This document shows, piece by piece, positions 21,780 through 33,500 of a stretch of DNA of 37,600 nucleotides. Position 1 is the stretch's first letter; each line of letters starts with the position of its first letter. The notes below the pieces were generated by a model. That model did no database searches and was not told the origin of the DNA. It saw only the letters and a list, made by a program, of their open reading frames with translations. The DNA comes from Jimgerdemannia flammicorona (Eukaryota). The stretch lies in contig RBNJ01000188.1 of the NCBI GenBank assembly GCA_003990765.1, positions 1 through 37,600 on the forward strand, written 5' to 3'. The translations under genes were made by a program, and so were the position numbers.

Positions 21780-22770
21780 ATATAGTTCTATTCTCTATAT
21801 ACTTTCTTATATAATAATATTATACATCAATGTGTTTAGTTTTATTATAATAAATAGAGTTCTTTGTCATAGTAATCATAAATTAATTATTCTGATAAAG
21901 TACTATTTCTAATTAATCTAAGTTTCTTTAATAACTAATATAGTTAAATAATTTTCTTTATTACTATAGATAATACTTGATACTATACTTATATAGATGA
22001 TATATATTATTACTGAACTCTATTTATATATATATTTACTATAAAACAACTCTTTTATTATTTAATTAGAAGAAGTATACTCAGTCATAGATTAGTGATT
22101 ATTTAAGTCTCTGGTCTAATTAGCATTATATATACTGAATAGTTATATGTCATTCTTATTATTGTTACTATTACTCCTGTTCAATTTACTAAGAGTAAGT
22201 ATATAATATACTATTTCTTTGATATATCTAAAAATCTACTTAATAGTACTTTAATATATATAAATTATCATAGTATAATGAGTATTATGCTATCTTATTT
22301 ATAGTATATAAAATATTAGACATTATTTCTAATATAAGATATATGAGAGAACTAACTACTTATTGATAGAAAATATTAGTATAGTTTTTCTCTAGCATAG
22401 TATCAGACTTCTTTAACTTTATTAAAATTTCTATAAGAGTATTTACTGGCTTATATTTGCTTATATTAAATTGTTTGAGAATAGTATAGATATAAGTTAA
22501 CTGTAAGAGATATATGATATATATGTTCTTATTATATATAAGAGATATTCTCAAAAGAAAAGATATATCACCTATGTTAATTATCTTGAATTCTTTATAT
22601 AGAGCTTCTTTAACTCTATTAAACTTACTTTTTATCATAACAATAATGATATCATTCTATCTATATACTGTGATACATATAATATAAAATAGAAATAAGA
22701 ATTAGGGAAATAGATATTTGATCACAGTATTTGAATCTAATTTTTAAATATATTATAGTCTTATAAATAG
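21780..22770 (-). mobile_element. Ty1/copia remnant B, 5' part (RT to RNase H), extremely AT-enriched
   Basis: ITVYID (YVDD region), FNRVKEALYKEFKIINIGDISFLLRI...LLQLTYIYTILKQFNISKYKPVNT, and KTKHIDV*YYYIRKYIEN (copia TKHID..YH.IRE). Confidence 0.85.
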
Positions 22771-22780
22771 CAGTCATATT

Positions 22781-22865
22781 TTTACAAATATAGAAACTTT
22801 ACAAATATAGAAATTTTACAGATATAGAATCTTTATGATTATAGAGATTTTACAGATGTAAAGGA
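22781..22865 (+). repeat. Five degenerate 17-bp tandem units (TTTACARATATAGAAWY)
   Basis: Units start at 22781, 22798, 22815, 22832 and 22849, at the junction of copia B and LINE copy 1. Confidence 0.75.
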
Positions 22866-22869
22866 TCTG

Positions 22870-25800
22870 AACACCTTTCTCTGCTATAATTCACATTATA
22901 CAAACTTCTAATAATATTTTTAATATAGTTTTTTGAAGTAAAGATGATCATAATATAGCAACCAATGAGATATTAGAGAAGTATACTGGGCAGAATAGCT
23001 TTAGTACATTTAACTAGCAGTATGTAGGAGGAGTCATGACTTGGAGGAGAGTATGAGAAGCTTACTGGCTAGAGAATATAGATGAGAATAAGATAGTACT
23101 GAGAAGTAGAGAACTAGAAGAGTAAGCTTTCCTGATAAGATCAAGATTAGGCACTTATTTATGGATCTGGAGACCTAGCTACAGGGTGATAAAGAGAAGA
23201 AGAGGAATACAGAGTCTGGTAGAGAGGCTCATGAGAGTAGTAGTGATAGAGCTGAAGAAGTTGTAGCTAGAGAAAGTGAGACTACTGATGGAGGAGAGAC
23301 TACTAATTTAGAAAAAAAATCCAGATGTGACAGCTAATGACAGAGCTGGGCAGAGGTAGGGCATGAGGCCTAGAGATCTGACTGATAGTATAATAGACCT
23401 GATAGTAGTACTGTTACTCAAGAAATCAGTATCTAAATTCACTATTACATTATATTTTCAGAGTCTAGTAATTATGACAAGAATGGTTCTGAGGCTGCTG
23501 ACTTAGAATATAAAAGAGGCTACTTTAGTGAAGTTCTTGAAGAGTCTGGAGAGAGTTAAGATGGGGTTTGAGGAGAAAGAGTTGATGCTAGAGGTATTGA
23601 AGAAAGGTGTAGTAGTAGAAGAGGTAGTAATCTCTATAGCTTAGTACTTATGCTGGAACTCTAGAATGGTACAGTTGGTAGTAGCAAATGTACCAACAGT
23701 GAAGAAGGAGGTGGTTAGAGAGCTGATTGTTGATGTTATCAAGGAGTATAATGATGTAGTAGATGTGGGCTTCTGGGTCTAGAAGGGTACAGAGTTCAGG
23801 ACTAGTGATATAGATATCAGGGTGAGGCCAGCAGATAAGGAGAATACTGAAAAGGAGAGAGATTGACCAGTAGTGCTCAAGTAGAGACTAGTAGAGTATA
23901 AGATCTCAAGGATCAAGAGGATATCAGAGGAGGAGGAGAACTTGCTGGAGGTATTAGAGAACTTGACTGAGGCTGTTAAGAAGAGAAGACTAGTATAAAA
24001 GAAGTATGAGGCCAAGAGAGTGATAGAGATAGTGAATGGTAAGTAAGTAAGATTGGACTGAGCTGCCTAGAAAAGAGTACAGAGATAGCAGTATCAGAAG
24101 AATTTACTAGTAAAGTTGAGAGAGCAGCCAGAGAGAGAGAAGACTGCTGATAGAGTCAGATCAAGAGCCAGTACTTGGGCAGAGAAAGAGGAGATAGTGG
24201 TAAAGGGGATCTGAGCAGAAGGGGGGGACCTGGGGCAGGGGGTGGTGGTTGAGAATGAGGTAATAGTAGAGGTGATACAAGTTCATTATGAGGTATCTAT
24301 AGTAGATAAGGAGAATGATGAGCTATAGGATATACTGGAAGAGAACTAAGATAAGTCAGAGAGAGTGGATGCTGATAGTGGTCAAGAGGCTGAAGGGCAG
24401 AAAGTCAGCCAAGGAGTAGATGAGACTCTAGAAGAGAAGAAGTAGCTATAGATGGTATTGATGAATGTTGTGATAGATGAGTTAGGTAAGGTAGATTTTA
24501 GAGTAATTAGCAAGCACCACTGGAGTGAGATACTGTGGAAAGAGAAAGTGGTTCAGAAGCTTCATAATAAACTACTGGCAGATCTGTTGGAGGCAGAGAA
24601 GTATGAGATAGATGATGCCAGAGAGATAGAGTTCCTAACTATTACAAATAAGCAGGTAGTATATCTGTGGAAATCTAGGAAGGAGTTGGAGAAGTGGTAA
24701 GTAGTGTGTAAGAACTATTGATCTGATATAAAGGTAGTGGATGAAGTAGACTGTCAGGAGATCTTGAAAGTACTAAATGTATAGCAGAGAAAGGCAGATA
24801 AGCTTGAGACAGAGTAAAATTTGGATGTTGCTAGTAATATAGTAAGTATGGAATTATAGAATAAGTACTTATATACTCTCTAAACATTATTCAATATAAA
24901 TAGTACAACTAGAATCTTCTCTTTGAATATCAATGGTCTGAGAGATATGATAAGATATCAAAATATGTATCTTCAGCTGATTGAAGGGACTGGATGCAGA
25001 TCTGTTTTTATTACAGAATATAGGATATAATACTGGCTTAGATATACAAGATTGGACAAGAGAATGGAGAGGTGAAGTGGTATAACAGAATCAGGTAGGC
25101 ATTTTGATTAGGAAGGATAAGAGGAATATTAGAGATATTGAACATTGGGGGGACAGAGTGGTGTGGAGAGTATGGAGGAGGCCTGGCTAGAGCCTCTTGA
25201 CTGTTAGGTCATATTATTGCTCAGTAGAAAGAGAGAAGTATGTGGAGTAGATAAGGAGACCAAGAGATGCCCATATTATGGTAGATAAGAGGATTGACTG
25301 TCTGGGGGGTGACTTTAACATGATATACAATAGACTGCTGAACAGAATGGATGAGAGAAGGGAGATGATGAGCAGGAGTAGAGAGATAGAGAACTGAGAG
25401 AAGATTGAGAGACTGAGCTCACTAGTAGATATAGGGTGACTTGGGTAAGGAGATCATCAGGTCTACACTCATTAGATAGTAGGGCTGAGATTGAAAATTG
25501 ACTGGGTCTTGACTGCTGAGTGCTGGAGAGCAGATGTCTGGAGTTTGATTGAGATAGTATAGTACCTATGGTCTGACCACTAAGGTTTGCTGAGCTGTGA
25601 AAGGTTTGGGAGAAGTGGGGAGGAGTCTGGACATTAGCACTTAAATTCTTTATTATTGAGGAATCATACCTTATGGAATGAATAAGTAGTACTAGGATTA
25701 TTTGCTGGAGATATACTGAGATAAGATAGGGAGAGGGAGGGGAGTCCAAAGGAAGAGTCATATATAGTAGACCTTGTAGAGATTGGAAGAGCTACTGGAG

Positions 25801-28800
25801 AGATGGGCTGAATTAGTGAGGAAGGAGACTAGAGGGCTCAATAGATCCAGTAGGAGGTAGAAGAACTAAAGAGGCTGCTTAGATAGGAGAAAGAACTATA
25901 GGTGAAGAGAATGGTAGTATGATTGCAATGGCAGGATCTGGAGAAGGAGGAGCAATCTATGAAGTTTCTGTCAAGGATGCTTCAGGTAAGAAGAATGAGG
26001 CAGCAGTAGAAAGGAGTATTAGATAAGACAGATGATATAGTGGTCAGAACACTGAAGATCTTAGGCCTACTGTGATCCTATTAGAGGTAGTTATAGAGTG
26101 AGGAAGAGGGAAGTAAAGATGTACTAGGTATTAAATAGTAGTTGGAGAGTTGGCACCCAGACCCAGCAGTGGGCCTAGGTAAACTTAAAGTCTCTATATA
26201 GGGGAAGAAGATCTGTTGGATTTTGGTAATGATAAATATAGAGATAGCTCTAAGGGAAGATAGATTGTCTTGAGATTTCTGGAAGCAGATAGCTGGTATA
26301 GAGGTTATACTAGAGAAGATGATGTAGATGTGTGATAAGATAATTAACTCTAAGATCTGGATTGGAGATCAGTGCTTGAGACTTATAGCTCTATTATATA
26401 AGAATAAGAGAAGGAGGGAGGATTGGAAGAACTGGAGACCAATCATACTTCTGAATATAGATTATAAGTTAGTGATGAAGATTTTGATGATCAAGTTGTA
26501 AGGGGTAGCTCAGCAGATATTAGGGGTAGAGCAGTGGGGCTTTATTGGAGGTTATTTGATATGAGATGAGACAGCTTGAGTCTATGATATTATTGAAGGA
26601 GTACATACTACCAGAGTTAATAGTTGCTTAGTTTTTCTGGACCAAGAGAAGACTTATGATAGGATCTAGTATGTATAGCTAGAGAGAGTACTAAAGTAAA
26701 TAGGGGTCTCCCCAGAGTTTAGGAGATTGTTGATTAGTTTGTTGGAAGAGAGTCAGGCAGTAATTATGGTAAATAGACATAGGGAGGAGTTATTTCCTCT
26801 AAGCAGAGAAGTGCTACAAGAGGATCCTCTATTGCTGATCCTTTATGCTCTCTTAGTGGAGCTCTTGTTAGACAGGATATAGTATAAGATAGAGGGGTTG
26901 AATATTCTAGGAGTAAACTAGAAGATGGGGGTTTTTGCTGATAATACAGTGGTTAGGCTTAACTCTGTGAAGAATGTGGCAGTACTGAAGAGTGCTGTGG
27001 AATAATATGAGAAGTGCTCAGATATGAAGCTCAACTAGCATAAGTAAGACTCTGGTCTTAGATAAAGAAATAGTAGAAGGGAATATAATTGGAATAGTTA
27101 TCCCAGCAGAAGAGGTAGTCTGATATCTGGAAATTTATTTTTTATATAAATATAGTTCTCTGCTACCTTAAGGATGATGGAAACAGCAGCTGATCAAATG
27201 AGGAGATGCTTTATTGCAATAGAGCAGCCAATATATCTCTCTGGCAGAAAGAGTGATAGTGTTGAATATATATTAACTGTTTTTTTTTTTTTTTTTTTTT
27301 TTCTATACTCATTTATTCAGAACACAGTTATAAAGCAAACAGCAGAAAAACATCTCTCAGATTTTCTGACAAGAAAGTAAGTGGGGTCAGACCCTAAATA
27401 AAGTAGCCTCAGATAACCTGACATCTAACTTTAGTAAGGCCAAGGTGGCTAGGGCCTAGTTCTTTCTACCCTGAGTTACTCTCACTCTCCTCTCCTTATT
27501 AATAACAATACCTCTACCAAGGCCACAACTAGTCTCCTCATATAAATAATATATACAATTGTGAAGCAAAAATAAAACAGCATGTAGGCCTGAGAAATTC
27601 CCAACAATGAGTTACTCTACTCTACCTTGGCTGTCCAGTATCAACCTATATACTTAATGAATAGATCTGCTATCCAACTACTACTCTCTCTGTCTAGCTC
27701 TGAGTCAGAAGTCACTATCTGACTTATAACACCAGTATCTTAAATAGTACTACCATCATACCTGGTTTGGCCCCAAAGGGCCACTAGATACAATCCCAGT
27801 ATCTTGAGTATCCCTGCAGTACTGTACTTAGCCAACTGGCTCCCCTCTTCTCAAAGCAGTAAAGTAGTCACTCTGCTGATCTTCTTGCTGATCATTACAC
27901 TATCACTGGCCAATTGCCTGGTCTGATCATTACTGCCATCTTGTATTACACTATCTGACATCTACCAATCACTAGTTACTATTATATTATATATTGAAAT
28001 CACCTCATCTGCCTTGGCCAATCATCAGCTATATCTTCCAAAATCCTCTAAGTGCTTTCCAAAATCTCCCAATATACCTCTATGCCTTGAAGATATAGTA
28101 AGAGTTCTCTCAGAATGAAAGAAAGCCTAAGGGTCTAACCCATGTCTCCCAGCCTATCAGAGTATATCAGTGAGTTGAATGCTTACTATTAAGCTAGCTA
28201 TGCCATTGGAAAAAAGACTCCTTCTCTTCTTGAGTAGTTGCCAGTAACCCCCAGAGCCTACATCATACTATCTGATCTATGAAATAATGGAAACCTTGAA
28301 TTCTTAAAAACTGTAGCCTTGAGGTTAGGGTAACTTGACACTATTGGACTTCTCTTCTCTTACTGCTTCTGACACACCCAATCTTGAGGCACTGATGGCC
28401 CTTCTTCCTCTGCACCATAGGGATCCAATTTCTACCCAGACCTTTTGACCAGTATGGTTTAAGAGAAAGAAGTTCTATATTGACTGTCTAAGCTGTAGTA
28501 TTTGATATATATATATCACTTGGATTTTCTGATATAGGTGATCAAGAGGCTGCTAAAGATGATCAGGTCATAGATATGAGTAGAATAGTAGAGTTAAATA
28601 GGCTGGGAGATATTGATACTACTAGTAGACAGAGGAGGACTGGGCCTGGTAGATTTTATAAAGTATCTATACTACTTAAGAGTATGGTGGCTAAAGCAAG
28701 CAAGTGAATTGAGAGGTCAAGAGTGAGCACTCCTTATGCAGAGGGTGTGGAAGATTTAGTTCTCTCTCTGGAGCATAACTGGTAACCTGCTTTCTCTGGT

Positions 28801-29782
28801 AGTACTGGAGGGGAGTAGAAAGATATGCTATAGAGAATTCTGATGGAGAGTAGTTGATAGTACTCATTGAATTGAACTCAGATAGCAGAGTAATGAGGGA
28901 GAGGAAGATTGGAGACTCCAGATATAGAGGTGAGACTGTCTACTGCTAAGGAATATACTGGTGGATAAATTTCATTTAGAGAATAGTATGGAATATCTTT
29001 AGGAGCATGGGAGAGATATGTAGCCTGAGATCTGATAGAGAGTTGGAATTGGTGAAGAGTGAGACTGAAACAGTATTTGGCCTTGGAGTAAGCAAGTAGT
29101 GAGGTGGCTTCCCCTTAAGTTCTAGGAAGTATAGTAGAAGCTATTATGATATAATATGATACTGAATTACTGATCAGATCATTTAATAAAAGGGAGGGTT
29201 TTAGAGTATATAGAGTGTCTTAATATCAGGTAGGAGGGTAATATAGTACAGACCTCTGAGCATTGGCTGGGAGAGTTTAAGATTCTAGAAGACTTTTGGA
29301 GAGTAATTGAGGATTAGCTAGAGGTATAACCTCTTAGGAGGTTGGAGTGGAATAATTTTCAGAGGAGGCTGATGAGAGAAGTTAGAGATGAGTGGTTGAC
29401 CTTTGGGTGGGCTCTGGCTATTTAGATTGGGCTTACTAGATATTGACTATATATATTTGAGAGTAGTCAGTATATAGTGCTTGGAGTATAAGTTATAAGA
29501 TAGGAGTGATTATTGGTAGACATTCTGAATAGTTAGTAGCAGGAGTAGGGACCTAGAGGAATCCATAGGAGGCTTGTGGAATATATTTACAGAAAGAGTC
29601 AGGAGAGGGTTGGAATGGCTGGGGGATTGGTAATCTTCCAGAGAGATAGAGAGGAGAAGGGAGAGAGAGTTCTATGAGGGGTTCTATATGAGATTAGGTG
29701 AAGGGTACCTTCATATCTTTATATTAATTTAATATAGAATAAATAGTAATAAAGTGGGAGTCTAAGTAACTATAAAACAAAA
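22870..29782 (+). mobile_element. L1-clade non-LTR retrotransposon, copy 1 (ORF1 ~23.0-24.8 kb; ORF2 from ~24896: APE endonuclease + RT), heavily mutated, interrupted by an antisense insert
   Basis: ORF2 begins INSTTRIFSLNINGL (SLNVNGL); RT motifs WRPIILLNIDYKL, QWGFIGG, FLDQEKTYDRI, QEDPLLLILY, FADN; 3' AATAAA followed by an A-rich tail; colinear with copy 2. The 5' boundary is approximate. Confidence 0.88.
27281..28475 (-). mobile_element. ~1.2-kb poly(A)-tailed retroposed insert (probably a 5'-truncated LINE of another family), antisense within LINE copy 1
   Basis: T23 tract at 27280-27302 with AATAAA just upstream on minus; 12-bp TSD TATATTAACTGT (27269-27280) / TATATTGACTGT (28476-28487); host ORF2 resumes after it and aligns with uninterrupted copy 2 near 36320. 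Confidence 0.8.
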
Positions 29783-29809
29783 TATATATATATATATATA
29801 TAAGATCTA

Positions 29810-30590
29810 CACTTATAGAAAATGACTCACAGAAAATAGTCATAACTTAGCTATCTTATAGCTAGTAAACTTATATAAATATTTCTAGTATCTAGAGTGA
29901 ATAAACTTTAGATTAAAATAGTTCAAAGCAAAGAGAAAGCAAGAGAACTAATAAGTCTATGAGTAAATATACTTCAAACTCATCTACTCCTATATCTCAA
30001 GGACTCTATAGAGTTAAAGAAGATTAAATTTTCAAGATACAGAAATCTGACATACTTATCCAGTTATGTATCCACTATATTATAATATCTATAAATATCA
30101 CTCCATTAGTATAGTATTGAATATATATATAGTTATCTGCTTTATAGTATATACAGTTATCATTAAGGAGATATTTATTAATTTTCTATTTTATAAACAG
30201 GTTGCTTACTTGATGCTATATAATAGTTCTTTATATAATTTATATATTCAATCATTCTAGTCATATTCTTGTAGCTGATAAATATAGCTCTATATATATC
30301 TAATAGATTTCTAAGTTATATATAGTACTGATTAAAAGAAGTATTCTGAGCAAAGTAAGTTTAAATATCAGTAAAAATATCACATTATAGTCTATACTAT
30401 AATCCTGTGAATAACTCTTAGCAATTAAATGAGTTTTATACTATTCTATATTTCTATCACTTTTGTACTTAATTTTATAAATATAATATAATTCTATAGT
30501 TTATCAATTAATCAGAAAGAGTATTAGACAGATCACATACATCTCTCTCTAGTAACATTTAGATTATACAACCTTTGAGCAGTACTTATA
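29810..30590 (-). mobile_element. Ty1/copia remnant C (N-terminal half of RT), extremely AT-enriched
   Basis: YKIKYKSDRNIE*YKTHLIAKSYSQDYSIDYNVIF...KLTLLRILL matches copia YK.K...DG.IERYKARLVAKGY.Q..GIDY.ETF; LYSIK*A matches LYGLKQA. Confidence 0.85.
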
Positions 30591-30599
30591 ATATCATTT

Positions 30600-33500
30600 T
30601 TAGAGAAAAGAGACTAGTAACATAGTGACCAACAGGCTTTCCAAAGTATATACTAGGCAGGGTGGCCCTAGTATATTTGACTGATAGCATATAGAGAGGG
30701 GCCCTGGCTTGAGGGAAAGTATGAGAGGTCTGCTGGCAGGAGGATGTAGAAGAGGAGAGAGTAGAGTTGGTGAACAGAAGACAGAGAGGACAAGCTTTGC
30801 AGATATAGTGAAGAGAGGACAGCTGGCACTAGAACTGAAGGGCTGGCTGAGGAGAGGCAAAGAGATAGCAAAGACTATAGAGTATAGGGGAGCAGTCCTT
30901 AGCAGTGGGAGTAGTAGAGCTGGGGATATAGGGGCTGGAGTGAGTATGATGACTGATGACAATAAGACTGCTAATTTGGAAAAAAAATCCAGATGTGACT
31001 GCTGATGGCAGAGCTGAGAGGATGGAACTTGGATAGATAGAGGATCTGGTAGAAGTGTAATGAGCCTGGTAGTGGCCCCATTACTCAAGAAATCAATCTC
31101 AGAGTTTGCAGTTACTTTATACTTCCAGGGCTTAGTAGTGATAGTGAAAATGATGCTGGGGCTGATTGCTAAGCAGATGGCTGAAGCAGTATCTGTGAAG
31201 TTCCTGAAGAGACTGAAAGGAGTGGAGGTGGGCTTTGAGGAGGCTGGACTATTAGAGAAGATACTGAAGGCTGGGCTGACTGTTAGGAAGGTATATATTC
31301 CAATGGTGTGCTGCTTAAGATAGAATCCCAGAGTGGTACAGCTATTGATAAAAGGGGTGCCCATGGTGACTGCTATGGAGATGAAGAGAAGAGTTGAGAA
31401 AGTCAAGGTTGAGTATAAGAAGGTAGTTGATATTGGATTTTGGGTCTAGGAGGGGACCTTATTCTGAACTGAAGATATTGATATTAGGATTTGGTTAGCA
31501 GGGAAGAAAGCTACTAGAAAGGCTAGAGACTGGCCTTTAGTAATAGTTTGGGGGGCTTTTTTATGTAAGATGACAAAGGTGAAAGTGAGGAGAAGAAAGA
31601 GAATTTATTAGAGACACTAGAGGAGCTGAGTAGTATAGTAGAGTGGAGGGCAAAAACTTGAAAGATATATATAAAGTTGATACATTTGGAGATGGTGGAT
31701 AAGAAGAGAATATATATAGATAAGAGACTGTGGGAAAAGTCCCAAGGATGTAAGAGGTAGAGAGAGCTGCTAGCAAACCTAGAGAGTAGAAAGAAAAAGA
31801 ATACTAATGGAATTGAAGTCATAGAGAGAGCCAAAGTGAGTGTCTGGGCTGGTAAAGATGGCAGAAATATAGAGAAGGGGTCAGAAGTAGACAAGGAGGT
31901 GACTGGTAATGACCCATATACAGATAGTATATTTGAGGTCTGAGAAGACTCTCCATCTTCTGCTCCTCTTATTAGATGAGGTCCAGCTTCAAGGGGTAGG
32001 GTGGCAGAGGATGTACCTATGCAGAGGAGGTCTAGCAAGTATACTTTGGAGTTCCTGAGGTAGCAAAGGGGGGGCAGATGGTGGTAGCTGGTATAGATGA
32101 ACTAGTGGATGTCTAAGAGGAGGAGTGGAATGAGACTGTGAGCATAGGGGCTGATACCATAATACTGGATAGAGGAAGGCCAGCAACTCCAGAGAGGAAG
32201 GAGGTAGGAAACCTACTATAGATGTGTAGAATAATGAACAACTTTGCAGCAGAGGAGTTGGGAGAGGTGGACCTGTGAGTAATGAGTGAAGTGTATTGAG
32301 CATGAATCCTATATGGTGATGGAGTAGTGAAGGCACTGAAGGTAGAGGTTTTTGCAGTTTTTCTAGAGGAGAAAGAGTATGAGGTTAATAAAGAGAGAAA
32401 GGCCAAGCTGGTGGTTGCTACTGGGGAGTGAGCTGCCTTCTGTTGGGTAAAGTATTATGGGTTGTAGCTCTGGCAAGAGGCTTGCCTGGAGTATTGTGAG
32501 AATTTTGAGGAGAAGAAGGATGGGAGCTTGCAGAACTACTAGTTGGATTAGAGACTTAGAGGATTGAAGAGGAGACAGTGACTGATGAACACAATCTGGA
32601 CTTGGTGTAGGAGGAGATGAATATGGAGTAGTAGAGGATGTGCTTGCTATTTAACAATATTTCCTATGAATAGTACAACTAATATTTTTTCTTTAAATGT
32701 GAATGGATTATGGGGTTCTTTTTGATATCAGAATATTTTTGCTTGGCTGAAGGAATTAGAGACTGATCTCTTTCTTTTGCAGGATATCAGATGTAAGGAT
32801 AATTTGGATAAACTAGAATAGATAAAGGAATGGAGAGGTGAGACAGTTTGGATGGGCAAGATTGGGATTCTGGTCTGGAGAGACAGAGAGAAGGTATAAG
32901 ATGTGTGAAGCTAGGGAGATAGGCTGGTTTGGGGAGAGTGGATTTACACAGGCTGGGAGTCAGTTATAGTAGGATTCTGCTACTGCCCTACTGTGAGAGG
33001 TAAGTATGTAGATTGGGTGAAGGGTCTCTAGGAGGGAGGGGCTCTTGCAGAGACTGGAGTGGATATGCTTAGCAGAGACTTTTTAATATGATCAGAGATG
33101 TAATGATGGATAGAACTGACAGAGAGTGAGAGGTTGAGGGTAGGAGTAGAGGTCTGGTAGCTTGGGAGAAAGTAGAGAGGCTGAGTGCTTTGATAGATGC
33201 TAGCAGGGGGTTCTAGGGTGACAGAAGAGTATACATACACTGGACAAGTGGCCTGGGAACAAGAATTGACTGGATTTTGACAGCAGATTGCTGGGGCTTA
33301 GATGTTTAGAGGTCACTGGAGGCTGAATGGTGTCTGTGGTCTGATAATTGGGAATTGCTAAGATAGGGTCATTTTGGGAGGAGTGGGAATGGACTTGGAC
33401 ATTAGTACCTCAACTCCTCTTTGTTAGACAATAAGATATTATAGGATAGGTGGGCTGAGGACATTCAGCAGAGAGTGGAGGGGTGGATATAAGAGGGTGC

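Noticed and set aside
22781..22865. CRISPR-like array
   Set aside because: Contiguous tandem units without spacers, eukaryotic context, no cas genes.
29810..30590. Copia remnant C as the direct continuation of remnant B split by LINE copy 1
   Set aside because: Both appear to include the region around YVDD and no TSD flanking the LINE was found; treated as separate copies, though unresolved.
23779..33240. Minus-strand Ser/Leu/Pro-rich ORFs such as 30600-31406, 31523-32038 and 25315-25761
   Set aside because: Antisense artefacts of the purine-rich LINE sense strand.
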